Source of the DNA: Candidatus Magasanikiibacteriota bacterium
GTDB lineage: Bacteria > Patescibacteriota > Patescibacteriia > Magasanikbacterales > UBA922
DNA: 64,000 nucleotides
Reading direction: 5' to 3'
Assembly: GCA_043825135.1 (NCBI GenBank)
Contig: JBDRSF010000015.1
Span: forward strand, 1,559-65,558
Below, piece by piece: positions 53,696 to 63,656 of the stretch (its first letter is position 1; every line of letters begins with the position of its first letter). The position numbers were made by a program, and so were the translations under genes. The notes below the pieces were generated by a model. It did no database searches. It was not told the origin of the DNA and was given only the letters and a program-made list of their open reading frames with translations.

Positions 53696-54934
53696 ATGAA
53701 CATCCTTGAAAATATCAACAGTGCCTATCATTTAATAATGAACAGTAAAATCCGTTCATTTTTGACTATGCTCGGAATTATTATTGGTGTGATGGCGGTG
53801 ATTATTGTGATGTCGGTCGGGGCTGGAGCCCAGAGTTTAATTTTGAATCAAATAAAAAGTGTGGGATCAAATTTAATAGGCGTTATGCCGGGAGCGTCCG
53901 AAGAAGATGGTCCACCGGCATCTGTTATGGGAATTATTATTACAACTTTGAAATATGAAGATGGAGAAGAAATATTAAAAAGAGGTTGTGACTGTATTGA
54001 GTCTTTGACTATGTACGTGAGTGGTAATGACACAATTAATTTTGAAGACAATACTGTTAATACTAATTTTACCGGCACGACGGCAAGTTATTTGGATGTT
54101 GAAGAGACGGAAGTAGAAGAGGGAAGATTTTTTTCTAAAGATGAAGAAATTACCAATGCCCGAGTAGTGGTTTTGGGGGATGAGGTGAAAAATAATTTAT
54201 TTGGTGATCAAGATCCAATTGGGCGAAAAATAAAAATAAAAAAGACCAATTTCACAGTGATTGGTGTAATGAAGAAAAGAGGCGTCAGTGGTTTTCAAAA
54301 TCAAGATGCTCAGATTTTTGTACCTATTAGTACCTCTCAAAAGCTTCTTTTGGGAATTGATCATATCAGCATGATTCGGGCCAAGGTTGATAGTGCTGAG
54401 AATATTGACCGTGCGACTGAGAGTATGAGAGTAATTTTGCGCGAACGTCATAATATTGATGCGGGTGAAGCGGATGATTTTGTAGTTAGGTCCATGGCAC
54501 AAGGTCTTGAGGCAATATCTACTATTACTGATGCTCTAAAATATTTTTTAGTAGCAATTTCTGCCATTGCTCTAGTTGTTGGTGGGTTTGGTATTATGAA
54601 TATAATGCTTGCCACTGTCCAAGAAAGAACGCGAGAGATTGGTCTGCGTAAAGCTGTTGGTGCGAGATCAAATCAAATTACCATACAATTTTTGATAGAA
54701 TCAGTTTTAATTACTTTTTTGGGAGGACTACTGGGAATTATTTTGGGAGTTTTGATTTCTATATTAGTTGCCAAAGTTGCTCAATTTTTGGGTTATAAAT
54801 GGGATTTAGTCATAACTCTCAGTTCAATTTTACTTGGTTGCGGAGTGTCAGTAGGAATTGGGCTTTTGTTTGGAATAGTTCCAGCTCGTAGGGCATCGAA
54901 GCTTGATGCTATAGAGGCATTGAGATATGAATAG
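53696..54934 (+). CDS. ABC transporter permease, FtsX/MacB-like (paralog 1)
   Basis: TM1, large periplasmic domain, three C-terminal TM helices with the FtsX-like segment. Confidence 0.8.
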   Translation: MNILENINSAYHLIMNSKIRSFLTMLGIIIGVMAVIIVMSVGAGAQSLILNQIKSVGSNLIGVMPGASEEDGPPASVMGIIITTLKYEDGEEILKRGCDCIESLTMYVSGNDTINFEDNTVNTNFTGTTASYLDVEETEVEEGRFFSKDEEITNARVVVLGDEVKNNLFGDQDPIGRKIKIKKTNFTVIGVMKKRGVSGFQNQDAQIFVPISTSQKLLLGIDHISMIRAKVDSAENIDRATESMRVILRERHNIDAGEADDFVVRSMAQGLEAISTITDALKYFLVAISAIALVVGGFGIMNIMLATVQERTREIGLRKAVGARSNQITIQFLIESVLITFLGGLLGIILGVLISILVAKVAQFLGYKWDLVITLSSILLGCGVSVGIGLLFGIVPARRASKLDAIEALRYE

Positions 54935-54943
54935 TTGTCGCAA

Positions 54944-55088
54944 TGTCATCCCGACCGAAACGAGTGAGCCCTCGCGGGCGAGTGAGTGTAGTGGAGGGAT
55001 CCCTTTCTTAAAATAAATAATTTCTAAGAAAGGGATTCCTCCGCTTTGTTCATCCTTCGCGAGAAGGATTCACGTCGGTCGGAATGAC
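54944..55088. repeat. family B-variant MITE-like element with TIRs TGTCATCCCGACCG / CGGTCGGAATGACA
   Basis: Inverted terminal repeats seen directly; internal GAGGGATCCCTTT / AAAGGGATTCCTCC. Confidence 0.65.
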
Positions 55089-55104
55089 ACCGTGATAAAA
55101 TATT

Positions 55105-56346
55105 ATGCATTTAATCGACAGAATACAACTCTCCTACAAAGCTCTAATGCGTCAGAAATTACGTACGCTTTTGACTATGATAGCATTGAGTATCGGAATT
55201 GCTTCAGTGATAATTATTATGTCAGCTGGTAATGGTATGAAAGGGTTAGTTTTGGGTGAGCTTGATATTTATAATCCAAATTCATTGAATATTGAAGTTA
55301 GAATTCCAGGTAAGGGTGAAACAGGTAGCGCGACTGGTATGGCCACTGGTGTGACCATTACAACTTTAAAAAATACTGACTCCGAAGAAATTGCGAAACA
55401 TTCAAATATAGATATAACCTATGATTATGTTACTGGACAAGAAGTAATTAAATATCAGGGAGAAAATAAAACAGTAATCTTGTTTGGTTATGGTGCTAAT
55501 GCTGTTAAGACAGAAAAAATGAATTTTTTTGAGGGAAGATTTTATGATAATAATGAAGAGAATTCATTGGCTCAGGTTTTGGTTTTGGGTTATGCTGTCA
55601 AAGATGATTTGTTTGGAGAAGATTCAGCTGTCGGTAAAAATGTTTTTTTAGGTGGTAAATCATATAAGGTCGTCGGTGTGATGGCTGAGCGCGGGGCATC
55701 GTTTGGTTTTGATTATGATAGTATTGTGTATATTCCGACAAGAACTTTACAAAAAAGATTTTTAGGTACTGATTATGTTATGGGTATAATGGCCAGAATG
55801 ATTGATATGAATAAGGTAGACAGTACTAAAGAAGATATAGAAATGCTATTGCGTGAACGTCATGATATTACTGATCCAGATAAAGATGATTTTAAAGTTA
55901 CGACCATGGATGAGATGAGGGAAATGCTTGATACGATCGTCGGCGGTATCACCTTGCTTTTGATTGCTTTGGTATGTATATCGCTTTTGGTTGGTGGAGT
56001 TGGTATTACCAACATAATGTATGTGACAGTGGCTGAGCGAACTTTTGAAATTGGTTTGCGTAAATCTCTAGGAGCTAAAAATGGCGATATAATGTGGCAG
56101 TTTTTATTGGAAGCAATGTTTTTAACTTTTGCCGGTGGGGTGATGGGTACAGTTTTGGGAATATTAATTTCTTGGGGGGTCTATTATGGGGCAGTTAGCT
56201 ATGGTTTGAATTGGACTTTTTCAATTTCTTTATTCTCAATAATTTTGGCAATTGGATTTTCAACTCTGGTGGGCTTGTTTTTTGGAGTGTATCCTGCCCG
56301 CAAGGCTTCGAAGTTGGATCCAATAACTGCACTGCGTAAAGAATAA
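55105..56346 (+). CDS. ABC transporter permease, FtsX/MacB-like (paralog 2)
   Basis: Same architecture as 53696-54934; conserved ERTREIGLRKAVGA / ERTFEIGLRKSLGA. Confidence 0.8.
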   Translation: MHLIDRIQLSYKALMRQKLRTLLTMIALSIGIASVIIIMSAGNGMKGLVLGELDIYNPNSLNIEVRIPGKGETGSATGMATGVTITTLKNTDSEEIAKHSNIDITYDYVTGQEVIKYQGENKTVILFGYGANAVKTEKMNFFEGRFYDNNEENSLAQVLVLGYAVKDDLFGEDSAVGKNVFLGGKSYKVVGVMAERGASFGFDYDSIVYIPTRTLQKRFLGTDYVMGIMARMIDMNKVDSTKEDIEMLLRERHDITDPDKDDFKVTTMDEMREMLDTIVGGITLLLIALVCISLLVGGVGITNIMYVTVAERTFEIGLRKSLGAKNGDIMWQFLLEAMFLTFAGGVMGTVLGILISWGVYYGAVSYGLNWTFSISLFSIILAIGFSTLVGLFFGVYPARKASKLDPITALRKE

Positions 56347-56400
56347 TCTACTTGTGTTTTATTGTTAAATTTGGTATTATATTAATACTAATATCTATTT

Positions 56401-57126
56401 ATGCTGTTAATTATTTGGCACGATTTTTTATACCAACCAGTTTTCAATTTTTTGATTTGGATATATAATGGTTGGGCAAATGAAAATTTAGGTTGGGCAA
56501 TAGTTTATTTGACTATAATTTTGCGAGTGGTATTATTACCATTTACTTTAGTTACCGAAAAAGGACGTACCAAAGGTAAGGATGTTAGTAGGGAAATGGC
56601 TCAAATAAATAAAGATTTTAGCAATGATGAGCAATTAAAAAAAGAAGAGATGCGTAAGGTTTTGAGAAAGAAAAAAGTGAGCCCTTGGAGCAAGACAATA
56701 GTATTAGGCATTCAAGGTTTGGTCTTAGTTTTACTCTATCAGGTCTTTTTACGGGGTATTACGGGTGAAAAAATACTGAAAATACTCTATCCTTTTATAG
56801 ACTTTCCTGGAAAAATTAATACTATATTCTATGGATATGATTTAGGCGGAAGATATGATATTGTTTGGGCTGGTGCAGTTGCAATTTTTCTACTTATTGA
56901 AATATATTGGAGTTATAGAAAGCAAAAATATGGCTTAACAAAGGCAGATTTGTCCTATTTTATACTATTTCCAGCAGCAACTTTTGTAGTATTACTTATA
57001 CTGCCAATGGCAAAATCTCTGTTTATCTTGACATCTTTGATTTTTTCTGCTATAATTCACCAGTTTAGTAGACTAATATTTAGATTACCGAAGGTTGAGG
57101 AAGTAAAGAAGGATAGTGGTAAATAG
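56401..57126 (+). CDS. yidC: short-form YidC/Oxa1-family membrane insertase
   Basis: GWAIVYLTIILRVVLLPFTLVTEKG, coiled basic loop, then three C-terminal TM helices; size typical of short YidC. Confidence 0.5.
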   Translation: MLLIIWHDFLYQPVFNFLIWIYNGWANENLGWAIVYLTIILRVVLLPFTLVTEKGRTKGKDVSREMAQINKDFSNDEQLKKEEMRKVLRKKKVSPWSKTIVLGIQGLVLVLLYQVFLRGITGEKILKILYPFIDFPGKINTIFYGYDLGGRYDIVWAGAVAIFLLIEIYWSYRKQKYGLTKADLSYFILFPAATFVVLLILPMAKSLFILTSLIFSAIIHQFSRLIFRLPKVEEVKKDSGK

Positions 57127-57149
57127 GCGGTTTAAGTATTAAATTTGTA

Positions 57150-57195
57150 ATAATATAATCCGCCCAAGGCGGATCCGCCTTGGGCGGACAATATA
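57150..57195. repeat. composite palindrome ATCCGCCCAAGGCGGATCCGCCTTGGGCGGAC (family F hairpin duplicated in inverted orientation)
   Basis: Follows the yidC stop; same CCGCCCAAGGCGG hairpin at 18046 and 22126. Confidence 0.55.
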
Positions 57196-57797
57196 ATCAT
57201 AATTTTATGGCCGATTCTTTGGACAAATTAATGTATTCATTTGTAATGGAAGACGTTTTGAAAGGTGTTTTTATTTATGTCCCACCTGGGTATGTGGCTT
57301 GTGTTTATGATTTGGGTAGGGGTGTATTAAAAAAAGTTTTAACTCCAGGTTTACACCTCAAGATTCCATTTTGGCAAAAGGCAAAACTCTTTAATACTCA
57401 GACTTTGGAATATAGTATTTCTCGTGAGTTTAATCCTCAAAATGAAAAAGCCATGGGAGATATTCCAATTGCAGCTGTTACCCAGGATGATAAGCGAATT
57501 GGCGTGGAGGGTACAGTACTACTTAGATTAGACATTCACCAGATTCCAGCGATTTGGCAGACTATTGGTGAGGATTTTGTAGCGAAAATTATTCGTCCAA
57601 CTGTAAGATCTAGAATAAGAATGGTAATGAGTCGTTTTGATAAGGCTGAAATTGTTGGTCCAAAACGTGATGCTGTAGAGACAGAGTTAAAAAATGAATT
57701 AGAACGCATTTTCTATTCTCGAGGTATTTATGTAGAAAATATTCTACTTTCAGAGATTGCTGATGTTCAGGAGTTCAAACGTACAGCTGAAGAGTAA
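57180..57797 (+). CDS. SPFH/band-7 (prohibitin-like) domain protein
   Basis: ACVYDLGRGVLKKVLTPGLHLKIPFWQKAKLFNTQTLEY... typical SPFH beta-sheet core; real start may be the Met at 57207. Confidence 0.6.
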   Translation: MGGQYNHNFMADSLDKLMYSFVMEDVLKGVFIYVPPGYVACVYDLGRGVLKKVLTPGLHLKIPFWQKAKLFNTQTLEYSISREFNPQNEKAMGDIPIAAVTQDDKRIGVEGTVLLRLDIHQIPAIWQTIGEDFVAKIIRPTVRSRIRMVMSRFDKAEIVGPKRDAVETELKNELERIFYSRGIYVENILLSEIADVQEFKRTAEE

Positions 57798-57818
57798 TAA
57801 AATTGATTAGATATAAAT

Positions 57819-57851
57819 AAACCCGCTCCAATATACATCGGAGCGGGTTTT
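57819..57851. terminator. bidirectional rho-independent terminator between convergent genes
   Basis: AACCCGCTCCAATATACATCGGAGCGGGTTTTTATTT. Confidence 0.6.
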
Positions 57852-57903
57852 TATTTGTGTGTTGGGAACCGTCCTCCTCCCAAAATGGACGGTTCCGAGT
57901 TTG

Positions 57904-58164
57904 TCAGCGTACGCTTCTCAGAAGCTTTCGCAAGGCGGGTTTTAGGTCTAGATCTACTAATGGATAACCCTTTTGAATTGGTCGTAGAACATGGGCGATC
58001 ACCACATATTCATTACCGCGACTCATGGTTTGGAAGGTGGCACCAGCTTTTTTTGCTGAATTCGCAATTTCGGTTGCTATTTCGGGCTTATCTCCTTCCT
58101 CTAGAAGAAAAGCTCTCTTTACGCCTTTTACCTGAAATTCTCTACTCGCTTCAACAATCATCAT
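57904..58164 (-). CDS. hypothetical small protein (86 aa) in a GC-richer segment
   Basis: Convergent with the SPFH gene across a bidirectional terminator; SD AAGGGG upstream; preferred over the overlapping + strand ORF 57855-58193. Confidence 0.35.
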   Translation of the reverse strand: MMIVEASREFQVKGVKRAFLLEEGDKPEIATEIANSAKKAGATFQTMSRGNEYVVIAHVLRPIQKGYPLVDLDLKPALRKLLRSVR

Positions 58165-58295
58165 CTTTTGATTATCCCCTTGTTTATGTTTAAGTATTTA
58201 CTGACTATGTGGAGGATAACATAAAAAAAATTAAAAATCAAATTTTAGTCGTCCATATTCCCCCAGAGGTGGGCAGACATGGTATGGTCTAAGTT

Positions 58296-58317
58296 ATCTA
58301 CTGAAATATCTCAGTAG
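58296..58317. repeat. third copy of the CTACTGAGATATCTCAGTAG palindrome (one mismatch)
   Basis: ATCTACTGAAATATCTCAGTAGGT, preceded by a -10-like TGGTATGGT. Confidence 0.6.
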
Positions 58318-58345
58318 GTAAAGTGGTAGTATTTATCCACAGTTT

Positions 58346-58357
58346 TTAGCACTTGAC
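58346..58357 (+). promoter_or_regulatory. CIRCE half-site-like TTAGCACTTGAC
   Basis: Duplicate of the left arm of the CIRCE-like element at 58481. Confidence 0.3.
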
Positions 58358-58448
58358 CCCGCCTAATATCCTCTCTAGCTCGCTGTGGCTTCGCTATGTA
58401 GCGATATTAAGCGGGGCAGGCCCCGCCAATAGGATAGCCTCGCCACTA

Positions 58449-58507
58449 TAATGAGGTAGGCATTTTTCATTGTGGATAACTTAGCACTTGACATGTCAGA
58501 GTGATAA
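58449..58507 (+). promoter_or_regulatory. -10 (TATAAT) plus CIRCE-like HrcA operator TTAGCACTT-N9-GAGTGATAA upstream of hrcA
   Basis: Canonical CIRCE is TTAGCACTC-N9-GAGTGCTAA; here TTAGCACTTGACATGTCAGAGTGATAA, with a further GAGTGCTAG right arm at 58524. Confidence 0.6.
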
Positions 58508-58607
58508 TGGTAGAATTATCACTGTAAATGATAGAGTGCTAGCATTGATTCAAACTGATTTATACAGATTTGAGCAAAATCTGTTTTAATCTGTCTTAAT
58601 CAATGCT

Positions 58608-59285
58608 ATGAATAGTCGTCAAGAGCAACTCCTAAAATTAGTCGTAGAGTCATATATAGAGAGGGCTGAACCAGTTGGGTCTAATTTTTTGGTGGAAAAT
58701 ACTGATTTGGGAGTGAGTGGGGCGACTATTAGAAATGAAATGAGAGAGTTGGAAGAACAAGGTTACTTGACTCATCCTCATACTTCTTCTGGGCGTATTC
58801 CGACAGAGCTGGGATATCGTCACTATGTAGAAAATTTGATGAATCCTGTTAATATTAAAGATAGTCATAAAGAAGAAATTCAAATTTGTTTTTCAAGTGC
58901 AGAAGGGAAGCAGGCAGTAAAAAACATTGCCAAATACATTGCTGAAAAAACAAATAATGCAGTAATAGTTGCGTTTGGTACAGATGCTTTGTATTACACT
59001 GGCATGAGCCAACTGTTTACCCAGCCAGAATTTCGCGATTATGCTTTTATGGTTAAAGCTTCTACTATTTTTGATCAATGTGAGGAAAGAATTGAAGAGA
59101 TTATTGATTTGTTTGTTGATAAAGAACCAAAAGTCTTGATAGGGGCTGACAATCCTTTTGGGCAGATGACTAGTATGGTTGGTGTTCGGATTGGGGAAGT
59201 ATTTTTTACTATTTTGGGTCCCATGAGAATGGATTATAGTAAGGCCTATTCTTTTGTGGATTATTTACGGGGCGAGGTTAGATAA
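58608..59285 (+). CDS. hrcA: heat-inducible transcription repressor HrcA (short form)
   Basis: N-terminal winged helix EPVGSNFLVENTDLGVSGATIRNEMRELEEQGYLTHPHTSSGRIPTELGYRHYV; 225 aa, shorter than typical HrcA. Confidence 0.8.
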   Translation: MNSRQEQLLKLVVESYIERAEPVGSNFLVENTDLGVSGATIRNEMRELEEQGYLTHPHTSSGRIPTELGYRHYVENLMNPVNIKDSHKEEIQICFSSAEGKQAVKNIAKYIAEKTNNAVIVAFGTDALYYTGMSQLFTQPEFRDYAFMVKASTIFDQCEERIEEIIDLFVDKEPKVLIGADNPFGQMTSMVGVRIGEVFFTILGPMRMDYSKAYSFVDYLRGEVR

Positions 59286-59288
59286 CAA

Positions 59289-59362
59289 AAATCACGTAAC
59301 ACATAACATTATACACGTAACACATAACACGTAACACATAACACGTAACACGTAACAAATTT
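59289..59362. repeat. tandem array of ~14-nt units (CACGTAACACATAA) x4-5
   Basis: ATCACGTAACACATAACATTATACACGTAACACATAACACGTAACACATAACACGTAACACGTAACAAA directly upstream of the Nudix-grpE ORF. Confidence 0.65.
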
Positions 59363-59363
59363 T

Positions 59364-60254
59364 ATGACAGAAGAAAAAAAATATCCAAGTTTGACTGTTG
59401 GTGTTTATATTTTTAACAAAAAGGGAGAAATGTTTTTGATGAGAGCTCCCCATTGGTCTGATAAGTTAGTTATACCTGGCGGGCATGTTGATTATGGTGA
59501 ATCGGTAAGTAATACGGTAATAAGAGAGACGAAAGAGGAAACTGGTTTAGATGTTGAGAATTTAGATTTTTTAAAAGTAGAGGAAATAAAAGATTCAAAA
59601 GATTATACAAAAAATAAACATATTGTTTCTCTAGCTTACAAAGCAACACTCAAAGATGATAAACAAGAACCAAAATTGGACGGCAGAGAGGCGACAGAGT
59701 TCTTTTGGATTAAGCCTAAAGATATCTTGAAAAGAGATGATATTGAAGAGCATACTTACAATGCTACTGAAGAATTATTTGTAAAGAAAAAGAAAAGAGG
59801 TTTTTTAAAAAAATGTAAAAATTGTGAAAAAACCGATGAATATAAATCAGGTTGGGCACGAGCGCAGGCAGATTATCAGAATTTGGTAAAAGAGACTGAA
59901 AAGAAACGAAGTGAGTGGGCGGAATATTCAGAAAGACAGATTTTGGAAGAGTTTATTCCAGTATATGACAATTTCAAGACAGCTTTCAGTCATCAGACTT
60001 CAGACTCCAGCCCCGAATTGGATAATTGGAAGAAAGGAATTGAATATATTATGAAGCAATTTAATAAAGTTTTAGAAGATCACGGTGTGATAGAAATTAG
60101 AACAGTTGGAGAAATTTTTGATCCTGAGCGTTACGAAGCAGTTAGCGAAGAAGAAAGTGATGAAGAATCCGGTAAGATTATCAGAGAGATGGTGTCTGGA
60201 TATGAGATGAGAGGGAAAGTTATTCGCGTGGCGAAAGTAGTAGTAAGTAAATAA
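59364..60254 (+). CDS. grpE: NUDIX hydrolase - GrpE fusion protein
   Basis: Residues 1-140 carry a Nudix box GGHVDYGESVSNTVIRETKEETGL; residues ~165-296 are GrpE-like (ILEEFIPVYDNF..., GVIEIRTVGEIFDPERYEAV..., KVIRVAKVVV); one continuous ORF. Confidence 0.7.
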   Translation: MTEEKKYPSLTVGVYIFNKKGEMFLMRAPHWSDKLVIPGGHVDYGESVSNTVIRETKEETGLDVENLDFLKVEEIKDSKDYTKNKHIVSLAYKATLKDDKQEPKLDGREATEFFWIKPKDILKRDDIEEHTYNATEELFVKKKKRGFLKKCKNCEKTDEYKSGWARAQADYQNLVKETEKKRSEWAEYSERQILEEFIPVYDNFKTAFSHQTSDSSPELDNWKKGIEYIMKQFNKVLEDHGVIEIRTVGEIFDPERYEAVSEEESDEESGKIIREMVSGYEMRGKVIRVAKVVVSK

Positions 60255-60264
60255 TTTTAAAACC

Positions 60265-60381
60265 AGTCATTGCGAGGAATGCGTAGCAATGACGAAGCAA
60301 TCCCATCCATAAATACCACTGCTAGTGTATTAAAGACTGGGATTGCCACGTCCCGATGCGAATCGGGACTCGCAATGACAC
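60265..60381. repeat. family A MITE-like element (copy 3) upstream of hsp20
   Basis: AGTCATTGCGAGGAATGCGTAGCAATGACGAAGCAATCCC...GGGATTGCCACGTCCCGATGCGAATCGGGACTCGCAATGACAC. Confidence 0.7.
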
Positions 60382-60449
60382 AAAAACAATTTCAAATTGT
60401 AAATTAATACCCACGGGGCATCAGTGTCCCCTGATAATTCAAAAAAAAT

Positions 60450-60890
60450 ATGTTACCAAGAATATATGATCCCTTTGAGGAGATGGAAGAAATGATGAGA
60501 CATCTTCCTTCCGTTCGTAATACCAATGCTATTCAACCAAGGGGTTTTGTGCCAGCTTTAGACGTATACGAGACTAAGACCTCTGTTATGGTAGAAACAC
60601 CTCTGGCTGGAATTAATCCCAAGGATGTTGAGGTCAGTGTTGAAAAAGGAATTCTCACAATCCAAGGTGAAAGTAAAAAAGAACACGAAGTAGAAGAAAA
60701 AAACTATTATCGCAAAGAAGTTCGCTCTGGTTCATTTTATCGTAAAGTTGATTTACCAAAACCTGTAAAAGAAGACGAAGTAACTGCCGAGTTTGAAGAT
60801 GGAATTTTGAAGATTACTTGTCCTAAGGCTGAGCCGAGTGTTAGTAAGAAAGTTGCGGTGAAGGTGGTGAAGAAGGGGAAGCGGGTGTAG
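60450..60890 (+). CDS. Hsp20/alpha-crystallin family small heat-shock protein
   Basis: Alpha-crystallin domain PALDVYETKTSVMVETPLAGINPKDVEVSVEKGILTIQGE...AEFEDGILKI. Confidence 0.88.
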   Translation: MLPRIYDPFEEMEEMMRHLPSVRNTNAIQPRGFVPALDVYETKTSVMVETPLAGINPKDVEVSVEKGILTIQGESKKEHEVEEKNYYRKEVRSGSFYRKVDLPKPVKEDEVTAEFEDGILKITCPKAEPSVSKKVAVKVVKKGKRV

Positions 60891-60896
60891 ACGCGT

Positions 60897-60958
60897 TGTC
60901 ATCCCGAGTGGATTCACCGTATCTTTAGCGGAGGTGAAGAAGTCGAGGGATCCCTTTC
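60897..60958. repeat. family B-related short element (TGTCATCCCGAGTGG...GTCGAGGGATCCCTTTCG)
   Basis: Shares TGTCATCCCGAG and GGGATCCCTTT blocks with family B. Confidence 0.5.
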
Positions 60959-60973
60959 GTAAGTCATATATTT

Positions 60974-61531
60974 ATGAAAAATTTTGAAGAAATAAAAAAA
61001 GAAATAGAAAATATTATTATAAGTTATGATGGTAAAAATGAATTACCACATGCTATTGGCACATTGAATTGGGTTTTAAAAATCAGGCCAGATGCAGATG
61101 ATGCTTTGAAAATTTCTGCGTTTGCCCATGATATTGAAAGGTGTGTTGTTAAACATGAAAAGAGCTCAGATTATTTAATTGTTAACGAGTTTGATAAGTA
61201 CCAGATTTTAAAGCAGGAACATGCTGATAAAGGTGCGGAAATAGTAGTAAATATTTTGGGGAAATATGATGTTAGTGAAGCAGAAAAACAGCGAGTAAAA
61301 TATTTAATTAGCCATCACGAAGTTGGTGGTAATAATGATGCGGATGTTTTGTGCGATGCTGACAGCCTGTCTTATCTACTTGATAATTTTATAGGTTATC
61401 TTGATAAATATGGTACGGACAGGGCAAAAGTTAAGCTGGAGTGGATGTACGGGCGTATGTCTGAGAGAGGAAAAGAATTAGGATTGGAATTTTATAATGA
61501 AGCGTTGAGAAAATTAGGTGATAGTGGATAA
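60974..61531 (+). CDS. HD-domain phosphohydrolase-like protein
   Basis: FAHDIERC..., HADKGAEIV..., LISHHEVGGNNDADVLCDADSLSYL consistent with an HD metal-binding arrangement. Confidence 0.45.
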   Translation: MKNFEEIKKEIENIIISYDGKNELPHAIGTLNWVLKIRPDADDALKISAFAHDIERCVVKHEKSSDYLIVNEFDKYQILKQEHADKGAEIVVNILGKYDVSEAEKQRVKYLISHHEVGGNNDADVLCDADSLSYLLDNFIGYLDKYGTDRAKVKLEWMYGRMSERGKELGLEFYNEALRKLGDSG

Positions 61532-61592
61532 AATAATATAATGGCGTAACAATTAAACCAATAAACTAATTAACTAATAAACATTAACTTAA

Positions 61593-61647
61593 GAAAGATC
61601 CCTCGTCGTTCACCTGCGCTCACGCTTGGTGACCTCGCTCGGGATTA
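61593..61647. repeat. family C element, copy 3, immediately upstream of dnaK
   Basis: GAAAGATCCCTCGTCG-TTCACCTGCGCTCACGCTTGGTGACCTCG-CTCGGGATT ends 13 nt before the ATG. Confidence 0.7.
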
Positions 61648-61660
61648 ACGAAAAAATTCT

Positions 61661-63637
61661 ATGTCAAAAATATTAGGAATAGACTTGGGGACAACTAATT
61701 CATGTATGGCTATCACCGAGGGTGGTCAGCCAAAAGTGCTTGAAAATAAAGAGGGGAATAGAACTACTCCGTCTGTAATTGCAATGTCAAAGACAGGGGA
61801 ACGTCTGGTAGGTCAGCTGGCCAAGCGTCAAGCTGTTACTAATCCGACAAATACACTTCATTCAATCAAACGTCTAATCGGACGCCGTTATGAGGATGCC
61901 GTGGTACAAGAAATGAAAAAACATGCTCCATTTGAAATTTTGAAAGATGGTGATCGTATCAAAATTAAAATGCAAGACAAGGAGTATGCTTTGCCAGAAA
62001 TCTCTGCTATGGTTTTGCAGAAATTAAAAGCTGACGCGGAAGAAAAAATTGGTGAAAAAATTGAAGAAGCTGTGATCACTGTTCCAGCCTATTTTGATGA
62101 TGCTCAACGCCAAGCTACAAAAGCTGCCGGTGAAATTGCAGGTTTGAAAGTGAGTCGTATTATTAACGAGCCAACTGCAGCCGCTTTTGCTTATGGATTT
62201 GATAAAGCAAAAGATCAACAAGTGGCTGTTTATGATCTTGGTGGTGGTACTTTTGATATCTCTATTTTAGATATTTCACATGATGGTGATCAATCTACTG
62301 TAGAAGTAAAATCTACTAATGGTGATACCCATCTTGGTGGTGATGACTTTGATCAAAAGATTATTGAATGGATTTTGGATGAATTTAAGAAAGTAGAAGG
62401 AATGGATTTAAGCAAAGACCCATTATCTCTACAACGCGTTAAGGATGCCGCTGAGAAGGCCAAAATTGAGCTTTCTAGCACTCCTGAGAGTGAAATCAAT
62501 GAACCATTCATTACTTCTGGTGCCGAGGGTCCAAAGCACTTAAATATGAAATTAACTCGCGCCAAATTAGAAGAGCTTGTAGGTGAGTTAGTAGAAAAGA
62601 CAATGGTTCCAGTTAAAAAAGCTTTAGACGACGCTGGATTCAAAAAAGAAGATATTGAAGAAGTTATTTTAGTTGGTGGTATGACTCGTATGCCTTTGGT
62701 ACAAAAAAAGGTAGAAGAATTTTTTGGCAAGAAACCTCATGTGGGAGTAAATCCAGATGAAGTTGTTGCTATAGGTGCTGCTATTCAAGCTGGGCAACTT
62801 CAAGGTGATCTTGGTAAAGATATTTTGCTTTTAGATGTTACACCTTTGTCACTTGGACTTGAAACTTTAGGCGGTGTTTCTACAAAATTAATTGAACGCA
62901 ACACTACAATTCCAACAAGCAAATCACAAGTATTTTCAACTGCTGCTGACAACCAGCCCAGTGTTGAAATCCATGTGCTTCAAGGTGAGCGTGAAATGGC
63001 AACTGACAATAAATCTCTTGGTCGTTTCATGTTGGATGGTATTCCACCAGCTCCACGTGGTGTGCCACAAGTAGAAGTGACTTTTGATATTGATGCCAAT
63101 GGTATTGTAAGTGTAAAAGCCAAAGATAAGGCAACTGGCAAAGAACAATCAATTCGTATTGAAGCATCTTCAGGATTATCAGATGAGGAAATTGAAAAAA
63201 TGAAAAAAGATGGTGAAGCTCATGCTGAAGAAGATAAGAAAAAACGCGAGATGATTGATATCAAGAATACCGCGGATACTATGATTTATACTACAGAAAA
63301 AATGATGAAAGATGTGGAAGAAAAAAAGATTGAAGTTACTGATGAAGAAAAAAAGAAAGTAGAAGAAGGTGTAGAAGCCTTGAAAAAAGCTTTAAAAGGG
63401 AGTGATGACCCTTCGGCAGACTCAGGGCAAGCTATAGAGGAAATCAAAAAGGTTTCTGAAGAATTATCAACCGCAGCTCAAGCAATTGGTATGAAAATGT
63501 ATGCTACAGAGCAGAAGGAAACAAGTGACAAGAAACAAGATACAAATAATCCTGATGCAGAAGCTGGTGAAGCAAAAAAGAAAGACGAAGGTGAAGCAGT
63601 AGAGGGTGAAGTGGTTGATGAGGAAGAGAAAAAATAA
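61661..63637 (+). CDS. dnaK: molecular chaperone DnaK (Hsp70)
   Basis: [40 protein letters not shown] signatures; acidic C-terminal tail; terminator 63657-63690. Confidence 0.95.
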   Translation: MSKILGIDLGTTNSCMAITEGGQPKVLENKEGNRTTPSVIAMSKTGERLVGQLAKRQAVTNPTNTLHSIKRLIGRRYEDAVVQEMKKHAPFEILKDGDRIKIKMQDKEYALPEISAMVLQKLKADAEEKIGEKIEEAVITVPAYFDDAQRQATKAAGEIAGLKVSRIINEPTAAAFAYGFDKAKDQQVAVYDLGGGTFDISILDISHDGDQSTVEVKSTNGDTHLGGDDFDQKIIEWILDEFKKVEGMDLSKDPLSLQRVKDAAEKAKIELSSTPESEINEPFITSGAEGPKHLNMKLTRAKLEELVGELVEKTMVPVKKALDDAGFKKEDIEEVILVGGMTRMPLVQKKVEEFFGKKPHVGVNPDEVVAIGAAIQAGQLQGDLGKDILLLDVTPLSLGLETLGGVSTKLIERNTTIPTSKSQVFSTAADNQPSVEIHVLQGEREMATDNKSLGRFMLDGIPPAPRGVPQVEVTFDIDANGIVSVKAKDKATGKEQSIRIEASSGLSDEEIEKMKKDGEAHAEEDKKKREMIDIKNTADTMIYTTEKMMKDVEEKKIEVTDEEKKKVEEGVEALKKALKGSDDPSADSGQAIEEIKKVSEELSTAAQAIGMKMYATEQKETSDKKQDTNNPDAEAGEAKKKDEGEAVEGEVVDEEEKK

Positions 63638-63656
63638 AATATTGAAAATGGATAAT

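Noticed and set aside
57855-58193. Plus-strand 112-aa ORF
   Set aside because: Overlaps the minus-strand ORF 57904-58164, which is better supported by a convergent terminator and an SD; no motif in the plus frame
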